Shown here: positions 24,908-38,300 of the stretch, piece by piece
Layout of the letters: the number at the start of each line of letters is the position of its first letter
How positions within the stretch are numbered: the stretch's first letter is position 1
Origin: Lingula anatina
Taxonomy: Eukaryota; Animalia; Brachiopoda
DNA length: 64,000 bases
Direction: 5' to 3'
Assembly: GCA_051362555.1 (NCBI GenBank)
Contig: CM120644.1
Location: 12,546,567-12,610,566 of the forward strand
Made by a program: the position numbers and the translations under genes
Notes under the pieces: model-generated
What the model was told of the DNA's origin: nothing
Database searches by the model: none
Seen by the model: the letters and a program-made list of their open reading frames with translations, nothing else

Positions 24908-26369
24908 TTTTAAACGCGTAACTTCATTTAACAAGCTCGTCGCTGCACTTTGTCCGTATGACAGTGAATTGTCCTCGTCCGATTAACTTCGAGAAGGTTC
25001 ACCTGGCGCAGACGCAGACTTAAAACGACCCAGTTATGAAAGGTGATTTTAGCCTGTTTTAGCAGTTAATGCCAACTTTTTGCAGTGCAAACCAACGACC
25101 TGAAAGATATGATCTAAATGAGGCTGGGTCTTTTTTTTTTTTTTTTTTTTTTTGGAAATTATTTTGGGACTTCAGAATGATGACGCGTTGAAGACTTATC
25201 AAGACCAGTTCTTGTTTAACTGTGTAACTTTCTAATGCATCTGAGAGGACACGCATACTTTGAAATGTGCAAGTCACTCGCGTGTTTAGAGAAAAAAATT
25301 CCGCGGGCTAAGGATCCCAGCACACGTTGTTGTGAGTGCCCTAGCGTTTCATAGACACTGAGAACATGGAAAGAATTGCAAATGTATAGAAAACGTGTGA
25401 AAATAAATTGCTTGGTTATCGTTTGTTTAGCTCTTTCTTTCTGTTTACTCAGTATATTTGAAGAAGGCACACTATCATTATCTGTTGTTGCTATTGATTT
25501 TGTAAGAAATCGTACACTACCTTTGGTGGGAATGGTAAATATGATGTCAGGTTTTAAGTATGAAAATTCGTTTTTATAGTGTATTCTTCAGCTTTCCCCC
25601 CAACATTTAATGCCAAGGTCAAGCCATTGTAAACACTGCAAACACATACACGTCACGTAAGACACGCATTTGCAATCTTTATGCCTCTAGCAACATCATG
25701 AATACCATTAGAGACAATGTTTTTTTAATCAGACAAGTTTTGTACATCCAGAATGATGAAAATTCCGATGTTCTCCGCGCGGCACAGAGAGGGTTGATAA
25801 ATACAATCATTGGCTCTGGCGGAGACCAATTTGTTGTATTGTTTATCTTAGAAAGGTATTAATGACGGTCCACGGTCTCTATCCACCTCCCAAAATAATT
25901 TCAGACCAAATTTCCAAATCTTTGTCTAATCTGATATATATCTGTTTTAATCCAATTACATGAAATATTGCACCCGTTTTATAAAAAAAAGCGCCGTTAA
26001 TATTTCAAACCAAATTTACCTTGTCAAAGTTGACTACTAATATATGGATATATCATAAACTGATGCAGATCATATTTTTGTCTAAACATTTAAACCTTTT
26101 CTGGAATTAATACACATAATATCTGCTATAAGAAAACTAACGGCCTCGAACTTAATAGCGTTCTGACTACCAGCTTACAAAACGACTTGATATGCGATAC
26201 TTAAATTTGACTGGGTGAAAATGTACACAAAGAAAGAGCTTCTCCCACATTTCAATGAATATGTCTTTCTGTAGCCTGCATACAAATATGTTTTATTCAG
26301 ACCACGCTATCATTCGCAACAAGAACAAGTGTGTGAAATTAAAGCGGGCCAAAGATTCCTTGCAAAGCA

Positions 26370-27352
26370 ATGCTGAATATGTCAAGACTTACTCAACGCC
26401 GCCTTCTTGGACTAGCGACGAGAGTACAACCTAACAGAAAATATTGGAGATTTGTTCTACCTGCGCAAAACTTATCAAAGAAGATAACAGTGCCCGTATT
26501 TGATAAACAAAGGGAAATGACGCCAGTTATCCAGCTCAAGCAAGGCATGGTGAAGCAGCCACTGCGTGTGAAAAAAGTAAGTGATATCTGATACTGTGTG
26601 TGAAGTCTTTCGATCCCATGTGTTCTTTTTCAAGTCAATAAATTCTAGTCTAAAATTATATTTAACCAAAACAACTCTAAATAATTTTCAATAAGCACAG
26701 CAAAGATTGCTGAATAAAAAAATTGGCGCTATGTCTGCGACACGTTGATATGACGAAGCTAACCATCCACTATACAGCAACCCCATCTTTATTTTCGATC
26801 CGCCTCCACACTTTTTATCGAGGAGATTTTTATGATAGCAAGCTTTAATTTTTTTACTGCCAAATGAGAGAAGATTCAACAAGCATTATTCCAACAGAAG
26901 TATAACCTTGGATTTTCTCGAATCGTTCAGCCTATCGAATACCCACAGCTGACTGGCACCGATCATTGGAAGCGAGAGATGTGATTTCTAAAGATTCGAC
27001 AGGAGAAAGCAAAGGCAAATTGTTCGAGGATGAGTTCGTGCAAAATCACCTCGCCAACATGAATGAAAGCAAGTTCCGAAATATATGGTTTGATATCCTT
27101 TCTTCAAGATTCCAAATGATGGATATTGATGGAGATGGACTTGTGCCTCTAAATGAACATGCTGCTTTTTTCTACAGTTTCAAAATCCCTTCTGAGTATT
27201 CAGATGAAATATTTGACATCATGGACGCTGACAATGATGGTTTCATCTCCAAGGAAGAGTTTGTTCACGCACGCACTGAATTCTGGTTCACCGAAAATCC
27301 TGACAACAAATACAATGAATGCTTTGGTCCACTCATTGACATTGAAAATTGA
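26370..27352 (+). pseudogene. EF-hand SCP-like copy E, pseudogene
   Basis: Leader exon 26370-26576 is intact. The exon starting at 26931 reads PIEYPQLTGTDHWKREM*, because a deletion at ~26975 fuses it out of frame to the last exon and removes EF1 and the intron. Confidence 0.85.
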
Positions 27353-28239
27353 AACGATGTTTTCTATTATCAGTTACCAAATACTTCAAATGATTATTCA
27401 ACCATTATTCAAATTTAACCATTTTAAAAACACAATATATACTTACATGTGGCATGGCTTATTACATATCAATATTCTAGACGAACGTCCTAAATATACT
27501 AATATGTGCAATTTATGAGAATTACAGAAACGGTTGGTGCCGAAAGGGATTTAAGCATAAAATGAGCAAAGTCATATTTGGATTTCAGTTAAGGACTGTT
27601 GCAATAGAACAAGTATAGAAATTTGGTAACATACGTACTAAATGACTTTAACGATTGTTGTGGTTGATAGTGAAATTTCTGTTGTGAGACGATAAAACAA
27701 TGTTGACGCTCGATCACTCATATAGATTCAAATATATATTCTGATACATACTCATATAGATTCAAATATATATTCTGATACATACCCTGTATTATAGAAA
27801 TCAAAATCTTTTTCAGTTTGAAACTGCACACGTGTTCTCTGACACTAGAAACTGATCTGATTTTTTCTACCGCCAAGCTCTAGCGATGATATTGAACTCA
27901 GCTGGCAACAGCTGTGCATAAAACTGTATACCATGTCTTTTTAAAAAAGTTTACTGCTTATATATTTTATTATTCATATATGTATTTAACATTCTTGATC
28001 TAGGTGTTTACATGTAGCATGGATTGCATGCGACTAATCAAAGTTAACCGTACGATTGCTATTGAATATGTACAGTAAGATACAAATGGACAAATTTAAC
28101 CATTTTTAAATCCTTAACAAATAAAATGACCTATCATATAAAACCATCCACGGTGGAATGAGGGTTGAAAACTTGTCCATTCACTGAGTTTACAGTGGCA
28201 GTTCTTTGTGCGCAGTCATAAGCCTCTTCCTTTAAGAAA

Positions 28240-28982
28240 CTAGATTTGAGCTGCACTTCCATCGCCCTGGTTGTTGTCACTTGTGTTAGCGTCTCCGTTC
28301 TCTTTGGCACGAGAAGGCTTCTTATCGCCGACGTCATCGAATAACTCCTCGATATAGGGCCGCAATGGCGACCAAAGCGACGGTTCCATCTGCCCCCTCT
28401 TGAGTGCGATGAGCTGTAAAAATCATAGACATAGTTGGAAAAACAAATCAAATGTAAAAGCATTAAAAAGATATTTGGCGTTTGATTGGTTGAACGTGAT
28501 TCTTTGGGTCCAGTCTTTGATAAGACAAACAGACCTCCAAAAAGCATGAAATAATTTTCACAAGTATATACGTCAACTAACATGGCATCCATCCTCAACA
28601 TCTGTCTCTTTTTTTTTCATGGACAAAAAATAAATATTTCACAGATTTAAAATTTTTCCTTAACCCAAACAGTCAAATTAATATGTCCTTTTAAAATAGT
28701 GTCTTACCTTGGGTATCAAAAGCAACAAAACCGTAGCTATGATAGCGAAGAGCGTGAAGCCAGCTATGACGCCAAAGTTCACATTGGGCTCTTCTTGTAC
28801 GAGGACACCTACTGGAACTCCAACAACAGTCGCCAAGGCAATGATAACCATAGCCAAACCAACCTGACTGCTGTCTCCAGCATCTCTCTTCATCGACATC
28901 ACCCTAGAAAACATAAAAAGAAAATTAATACTAATATCACGTTATTTCAAATAGCAGAATAAATCAATAAAGATGGAACCAC

Positions 28983-29014
<32 letters not shown>

Positions 29015-32000
29015 ATGACATTGGTAGAAACTTTTTGTATGTGGCCCCTCACAAAACTTTATTATCAAATCTTATTTTATTTGAGTATATAGCTTTTATC
29101 TTGTTGTATGCATAATGGAGGATACATTGGCACTTTTTGTTAGTTTGCACGTGAAAATTTTCATGAGAAAATAGGAAAATTAAAAATGTGTATTTTTCCA
29201 CCCAATGACTCCTATGATAAGGCTATGGTAAGATGAATACATGTTTCAAAAATTATCAATTTTCACCAAAATTTTCACCACCAAACTTTCAAATACTAAC
29301 AAAATATATGTCACAATGCAAACCATGTGGAAAACAATGGTATGGTGACTAAATATAAAATAGGGTCTTTTCTTTATAGGAGTCCAAATCCCATGGGTAT
29401 GAATATGAACATTTTTCATGATTTTTTTTTTCTTTTTTTGCACCAAATATTTTACCACCAAACTTTCAAATATTTCCAATATATTCTTCATTAAGTATAC
29501 TTAAGGGAAAGATGTTGAAAAGATCACCAAATATCAAAGCTTTTTCATGATGGTAAAATACACATTTTTAATTTTCTTATTTTCTCATTAAAATTTTCAC
29601 CTGCAAACTAACAAAATATGCCAATGTATCCTCCATTATGCATACTACAATATAAACGTTAATACTTAAGTAAAATAAGATTTATAAAGTTTTTTTTTTT
29701 GGGGGGGGGGGGGGAGGGGGGTCAAAATTTCATGGGAGCAGTCACATTTTCATTATGAAAATTTGACTAGGGAGTCACATTTTCATAATGAAAATCTGAC
29801 TGAGGAGTCACATTTTTCTGGGAGCCAGATTTTCATGGTACACCTATGTATTGGATGTGACGGTGCAGATACTGGTTTACGTACCAGGTAGGCCATACCA
29901 AGCAAACAGAGACCAGCAACAGCAGACCCTTGTACACGATAAACGCAATGGCCCAGCCCATAGCACTCCCGCTGTGGCATTGGCGATAGAGAGTCTGGTA
30001 TCGCACCATCTTCGCGCCATCTCGCTAATTTTGAGAAGGAACGGGAGTCATATTATATATCCAAGACACACTGTGAAATAGCAGCTGAGCTAATGTATTG
30101 GCCGCACATGTGCCGCTTTTTGGTACAATATCAAAAATATATTAAAGCAATGTGATTTTGAAAGAAAAAGATTAATTACCAACTTGATAAGTAGTAGAGT
30201 CAAAAAGCAATATTTTCTCTTTCACAAAGTGCATATACACTGTGGCGACCACCAGTATGGGCTAACTTACACTTTCGGGTAAAAGCCTATCTTTCACCAC
30301 CAGTGGGTCAGTCAACTGCCAAATTATCAGCATCAGAATATCAATAACCAACAGTACGGCAACTCCAGACAGCATGCGCAGTTCTACTTGCAGACCCTGG
30401 AAAATATATGCTGTATATAAAGAACAACTGCAATCGTAACGTTTTGGTTTGTCACATTAAAGATGAACGACATACATGGGTATATGTGAGGTATACGTAT
30501 AGGTATACTAGTATATATGTGTGTGTGGTATATGTGTGAAATAGCACAGGATCTGCAGCTGCAATTAAAGCATTTAATGTAGCTCGTTTCGTTGATAGTG
30601 AATGTATCTGCTTGGGCTGATCATTATATTTGCCTGCGATCCTTTGTATGTGTTTTGAATTTCACAGATGTGACAAACCGTTGTTCGTGAGATTGCAGTG
30701 GATGCGCAGCTCATATTAGACAGAATTAAGGGTTGACCACTACAAGTCTTAGTCAATTTTTCAGTTAGATAATAACCATTCATTTTGTCCCATATGCAGG
30801 GTGCAGGACAATGTCATGAATACAACAATTCAAAAGCAGCAGCAGTATGCTAGATGTTAACAAAATACTGCTGTTTTTTCAGAGCGAGAAATTACATTAA
30901 AAACTCACCCAATCCTGCTGATAACGAAAGAGGCGATACACTCCCCACATCTTCAGCAGCATGGTACCAAACGAAAGTGTAAACCCAGTCACAAATAGCC
31001 AGACAAAGGCATTACATGGTATATGACTAGTCGACGACAGCTGAGTTGCACTGCCTGGAAAAAATAACCTGGGTTTGGAATATAGCAGTGGCGGATTTAA
31101 AGGGTGTCAGGGGTGTCCTGATCCCCCCCTCTTCGATTTCTGATTAAAAAAAAACGCACCGAAAAACGTCTAGCTAAATTATAGTTCTAAACCGTGCTAA
31201 ATGGTGCCATTTGCCTTTCAAAACTCGCTCGAGGCCCTCGAGCGTGGACTGGACCTGAAGCCAAAGGGGGAGGGTCGGCCTCGCAATCCGAGGCCTGTCA
31301 ATCCCTATAAAACGGACCCCTTCAAAAAATTCTGGATAGGCCCTGTATAGGCCAATGTATAGTACGCATAATAGGCCTACACCTAAATAAACATGATAAT
31401 TTCTTTTATAAAATGTGACACGACAGAAGTCACTAGCACAGATATTTTTAAAATGTGCTATTATAATACATGGATCATACGGGAGTTTGTTTCTTCAAAA
31501 AAGATACCTTGAAATCGACTTGCGCGACAGCTAGCTCACCTTGAAGAATGACATTGACAGCCAGGAAGATGCACCCCAGTGCAATGACGCTGTTCATCAG
31601 TGGCCAGGAGTTTTGAATTAACCTGAACATTAAATATATTGCGTAAGTTGTGATCGTGTATGTCATTGTGACAGGAATGGTAGTCCTAGGAATGCAAGTC
31701 CAGACCATAGGGTCCCATATGGTTAGTACATGTTAGGGTAAGTCGTAGTATTGGAGCTAGAATATGGGTAGGCCCCTACTACCATTCCAGTCACACCGGT
31801 GCCTCTGCAGTCAGAAAATATAGGTATAACAATTAGGGCAGTAAACCTTAATACACACTTCTCATTTGAACAAAGGAAAAAATCGTGCAATGGATCGCTT
31901 GTACGATCTTGTGCAGATATTGATCTATGATTGATTAAATTTTCACACTTAATGACAGGTAGGCCCTATGTGTACGCATTCCTGCCCACGCTGGTACCAA

Positions 32001-32278
32001 TACATACTGCGTCTTCCATTTGACGATCGTAACTAACAGGAACACAACAGTGATAACTATTGATATCACAGCTAGCACAGTGAAGGCTATTTTGAGTTCG
32101 TCTGCGACAACCAGTAGTGTTCGGACCGTCCTGTACCCAGATTGAGGTATAACGCCACCTATCGAGAGAAAAAGTATGCCTTACACACTTGCTCAGAATG
32201 CATCGGGTGATATTACATTTAAAACTATTTACAATGTTCAAGACAGGTAGTCCACTTGGACGACCCCCCCCCCAAAAA

Positions 32279-32352
<74 letters not shown>

Positions 32353-35300
32353 AAAATAAATAAATAAAACAAACAAATTGCGCTACATGGACAACAGGGC
32401 CAATTCCAACAGGGATACTACAGATGGCTTCCAGTGTGCATCAACCGGGATGTTTACATTTTAGCTGAAACTAATTTTTTTCCTGCTTCTGTAACTTTCC
32501 TAGCCAAAACTGGAAATTTCCCCTCTTATATTTATTTAAGCCAGATGCAAGTAAATAAAGGGAGACGCAGATATGAGGACATAGATCTATGAAGACATAC
32601 TGCTTGGGTTCAGACAATAAAATATTGGTGAATGAATTTCTATGCTGGATTATCAATGCACTGAATAGGTAGAACCACAACGCACCATGAATGTACCACA
32701 GTAAACTGATCTTCTCCGACAACGTCATGTTCCGGGATTTCTGGTCATAAATACCAAACAATGTAGCCGTACCGTCTGAAATCAGGAATAGGATATCAAT
32801 TTTTCATTATGATTTCAGGCTATAAAATCTCTTAGTACAACTGTATTTCTTTTAGATGGGGGCATACACAAAGAGTCACATGCACGTAAGCACACTTTCT
32901 TCCTTCTCTAACTCACACACGCGGGCAAAGGCAGAAACCTACTTCTTATTTGCTCCATGGACAACCAGCTCATTCGACTACCATGGGGTGAGAAAGACAC
33001 AGGACCCTTGAAAGAGAAAAAATCTCATGATTTTATTTTCAGTGAATCTTGTCAACCTACTCTTCGCCTAAATGATACTACATCTGAAAAACGTTGAAAA
33101 ACTTACCGACGCCCCGAAGAAGTTAGTGCGATTCATTTCTGGCACCAAAGCGTCCGTCACCGTGCCCAGATCGGTGTATTTGAAGTTGGTGATTATTCTT
33201 GGCGGAAGACGAGGCAAACTCTTGTTTAAGGCCAATGCAGCCGCCCATATGGCATCATAATTCAACTGATATAGTATTCTTCTGGTGTCGTCATTGTACC
33301 AAGCTTGTTCTTTCATTTCCCTCAAAATTTCTGCAGGATCCTAAAAAATGCACCTGTGTATACACATATATCAACAATGTCGATTATCGACAGATTTCAC
33401 TACTCTATAAGTTCACTAGTTTCCCGTCTTTAAGAGACTATGTATTGTTAATATTATAGCTTGAAATGCGTGCACGAAGTATGTGTGCGTGTGCGTGTGT
33501 ACCTTTAATTACCTTTACTGTAAACGGCCGTTTTGGTTCATATCCGACTTCGCTGGCATGTTTAGCGTCAGCACGGAATATAATGAACTGTCCCTCTGCT
33601 GCTTGGACCACCTGCTCCGCGTTGCAAGAGAGTTTCCCCTTTTGATGCATGCTGGATGCCAAGTTACGGTAATCCTTAACGTTTTGCATCAAAGTCAGCC
33701 AAACATATTTCTTTCCAAACAAGCCATATTTGTATGCCTGTTTGAAAAAAAAAACAATAAGCAAACCACAAACTATGCCAAATATATATGTTCTATGTCG
33801 TTTTTACAATATTGTGTTGTGTTGTACTGGCATACGGTACATGTATCATTCTATCCCCCCTTTCAAAATACAAAAAAACGTAATCTAACCCTTTCATCTT
33901 TCTAAGGGTTAGGCACGACACCTTTTCAGAACCACAGAACCAATGTTTCAGAAGGAAACACAAGAGGGTCAATTTTTATCTGCTCCAGTCAGTCTCCGTC
34001 ATTGTCTTGATATAGATATGTCATTATAGGAATCAGCGACAGCAAATAAAAGCTGAAATAAAATGCAAATAAAAGCAGCAAATGTTAGTACGATTGGAAA
34101 ATGCCAAATACTACATACATTGGCACTTTTATAGCATTTTCAGTCACAAGAAGTGTAGCCAGTTACACGTCGGATTGGATTGTCGTTGCCTAGCCACCAA
34201 TGTGACTGGAACGGATGTCCGCTAGGAACCGTAGTCCGTTTCCAATTATTTTGTACAGGTGACATTCGTCCCATATACTAACCCCAATACTCCGATCAAC
34301 CCACACCTCTAGTAATCATATGGTACCCCGGACTTCCATTCCTAAGACTAACATTCCTGCGACACCGGCAATTCACTCAAAAACATCTCCATCTGTTCCT
34401 AACCCGGCAGACAGTGTTAATAAAGCTACTTTAAGCTATACTGGAATATTTGTAATTTGGCCGTTGGTTCAGCCCACAACACGCACTGTGTGCTATCGTT
34501 TTAACCTTACCTGACAAAACACGTGACAAAGCGGTGAGCCCTGTCCGCTAGCGTGATGCAGGATTACCCTTGCGTCCAATTCCTAGAATGAAAAAAAAAA
34601 ATAAATAAATAAAAAACTAGCTAATTTTATACGAAGGTTATTCAATGTGTATTGAGTAGGGCAAATATAGGAGAGTGACCTCATTGAACACAGGGCATGT
34701 TGCATCCCTCCCATTATATCTTGGATAGCTTTATTTGGCTTAGTTTCAAACCCAAAAATTCATATTGTAGTTTAAATTTATTCATTTATAATTAAAGTGT
34801 TACCTTCAGTTTTTCCATCACTTGGCCTAGCTGCTCTACTCTATAAAATATAGAAGTGATAATTTCTATGCCCGACTGTCTTAAGAGAGTTTCCACTTCT
34901 TTCGACATCTACTCGGAAAAGAAAAAGAAAACACAGTGTTATTCTTGAAAAAATATCCAATATTTCTTCAAACACAGGCACAGGTTTTTCATTCAGACAC
35001 ATACTCACAACAATTAAGCCGTCAAAATGTAAAATTCGTTTTTCTTATTAATCAGATTTATTACATGAGGCTAAATTAATTTTACATGTCATGCGTAATA
35101 CATGTACATAGGCAGATTACAATACTAGAATTCCCTCAAAGGCAAAGAAATATTATTCTGTCAGTCACCTGGAAATGTCAACATTCACTTTACCTACCCT
35201 CTACCAGGGCGGCAGATCGATTTTTCACAAGATATTCACAGACATGTCTTTAGATAAATAGACAGTCATTTCATTGTCTAGCTTTTTCATGATTTCCCTA

Positions 35301-38300
35301 TAATATATATCTGCCACATTGGTAGAGGGTGCACCTTACCTCTTTATACGACCCCTTGTCCTCCGCAAGCAATGCCACGCGGGTCCAACCGAAGCGCTTG
35401 ACAAAATCCACTTCTATAGTGATAACGTCTAGCAGTGAGCCGATTGTCCGGTACAAATACGGGAACACGAGTCTTTGGGATAGTGTGAAAGACGAGCTAC
35501 CGGTCGCGACCTACAATAAACATGTATCTATAAAAGGATCGGTGGGTCCACCGTGAGAAATTTGTGGTGGTGGGCAGAGTTGAGACACGTAAATGTGACA
35601 GTCTAGTTCCCGCCGATAGACAAGGGAAGGGCGGAAGGGCAGCATTCACAACCGCATACTAACTAGTCCGAGGATCAAGTGTGGCCGACTCACTTGAATG
35701 CTTGTTGCATAGTCTCCGTGGGGAGTCTATACAGTGTATATTACGGGATAAGACAGCGAGCTTTTAAATGGATCGCCATATTTGATCCGCGGTCTAGTTA
35801 GCCCGCTGCTCTGAATGCGGCCAAGTTCATCTACAGCATTCAGAACAGCTCAGAGTATCATAAGACTAGCCCACTCTCTAACCAGTAGTGTGGTACAAAA
35901 CATTGTATCGCTGATACTTTACTTTTGCATACTACAGACTTGACATTTAATATGGAATATTTCAGTTTCGAAGGTATGCCTAGGTGAAAATGCATTCTTT
36001 TTTTCACAAACTCCGATCTCATATAAGATATGTGAATGGAGAAGTGTGTAGTCAGGTGTGTCGCTACCAATAAACTGAATACCAGGTTTGTTGCGCTGCT
36101 GCATTATGTAATATGCAGTGATTTACTTGGGTAGTGTTCCTTTGGGCTGGTCAAAGCTTGGGTTTGGCAAAGCATGGTTCTTTCAAAAAAGTATTCATAT
36201 GTCGGCAACTGCTGCATAGAATAATTTAAAATTTTGCATGCAAGTGGTCTGGTTTGCTGTGTGTAAAATGAGCTATGCAGTGCTTTACAAATTTGTTAAT
36301 CTGTGGCAGAATGGCGCGAAAAAGACAGGCATTGCCAGACAGATAATTGTGCCAAACGAAACGGTCCGCACAGTTTTATAGAGTAATGCCCAGCCTGATG
36401 TACCTACACAGAGGCCACACCCAATGTATTGAAATCTTACCACCAGGACACAGGACCCACTGTCTTTCGGGATATGCTGTTGCAACTAAACAAAAGCCAC
36501 CCAGTCCATTCAGAATGAGGGGTAAATTGCCACCAAAATGCACTTTTCAAGGCCCTCAGCTTACACCAAACTGGTTTTAGCAGGTTAGAATACCAGACGA
36601 CTTCCAAGGAACCCACTGTAAACAGCAAAACATCGTTGTATGTTTCTCTAATGAATTGGGGACATTGACTGTTTCTGGGTTGAACACTGAAATCTCGTGG
36701 CTTTCTGTATTGAGGTCAGATTTCACCTGTACCGCTCAACAGTCAAAACAGAGTTTACAGACATCCAAAAGAGGCCAACGACGAAGCGTGTGCCGCATCT
36801 AAAGTGACTAAGGTCATTAACAGCGTCAGTATTTGGAGTGGAAATCACATTGGTGCCAAAACACCAATGGTAGTCAACGACGAAAACCTGAACCAGATCA
36901 AATAAAGAAATAATCTGGGAACCATTTGGCTATCATTTGATAGGGGGCAACTTAGGAACAATTTTAGGTTGCACGGTGAGATTGCCGGTTCTTACAGAGC
37001 ACTTTTAATAGCAGATTACTTACAGAACCTAAGGAATGAGCAGCTACCTTGGTCATCAAAATCACCATATTTGAACCACATAGACAATATGTGGGTAGGC
37101 CATTACTCGCCGAATCAATGGCCTACATGATCTACAACAAAACTGGACCAAATGGGACAGATTTTGACCGATGCCTGGACTGTTATTCCAGATTGAACTT
37201 AAAAAACCTATCCCAAGGAATCCGTTGACACTTGAGAGCGCTGGTAGCAGCCTGAAGAGGTCATGCGTAACAGCGGCCGTTACTGTGACTAGACACTGAC
37301 ATGAGGGTCCTTTGTGGAGCGTGTAACTCCTTTACAGACAATAATTTGGAAAATCTGGAGGTCCAAAATATCTCTTTTAATGGTTGTCGTATGACATAGA
37401 ATAGGCAATGTGTTTTTGCTTGCTTCTTTGTCGAATTCCATTAATTAACTGATGTCACAATGACATCAAAGAGGTAATTTAAAGTTGTTAAAACACGATT
37501 TTAATCCTTATTTTCATTTATCAGTCAGCTAAATAGGAAAAAAACTGATGAAAAATGATTTGGAAAAAAATATTCCATATTAAATGTCAAGTCTGTATTA
37601 CACCCTGATATCACAGGGTAAACCTAACACGAGTTCCAGATCCAAATCAAGATAAAAGATTAAATCTTTTATTTTAAGTCAGCGCATAAGTGAGCCAATG
37701 TGATCTGAATGAGACTAGAGATGCAGTGTGTTAACATTTTGTTTTGGTGTATCATACCTGTATCATCTTCAGTTTCCCCGTGATCTCTCCTATCACATCC
37801 GTCTCAGTGACGCTGCCGTGGTGCAGCAGTAACATTACTGGCGGGTCCGTTTTTGGCGTCATCAGCTCTTGGAGCTTGGCCACAGCGTTTCCAACATGAT
37901 ATACAGATTCGTTCGCAGGCACCTTCAGATAAGAGAAAACAATGTATCAGTGCACTGATTTTCTGTAAAGGCTATTAAGTTCGGTGATTGTTTTAGACTG
38001 AAATTATTCCAAGATTAATAATGCCCATATTTTTTTCTTCATTCTGGCGCCATTGTATAGGTAAGGCATAAAATATGAGTTTTCAGCTATTTGTGCCAAT
38101 TCATAGATAAAACTACATTTACGGAAAGATGAAGCTAACAGGTTTTGACTTGGTACCAACCACGATTTTCAGGTTAATATAGACTTAAGCACAAAAACTA
38201 ACTGTGTTGGTGCGCATTATTTTTGAAACGTATAGACTGGCATATGCCATGTGTGTCACATGAGAGTTAATCTTGTAACTGGGGGTTACATTGTATGAAG

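Noticed and set aside
28134-28601. 155-aa minus-strand ORF as the GPCR C-terminus or a separate gene
   Set aside because: Wrong frame: phase-0 splicing at 28413 gives LIALKRG..AAQI*. The long frame is broken by stops in copies 1 and 3.
33072-33905. Plus-strand ORFs recurring in all GPCR units
   Set aside because: They are antisense shadows of conserved GPCR exons, repeated only because of the duplication.
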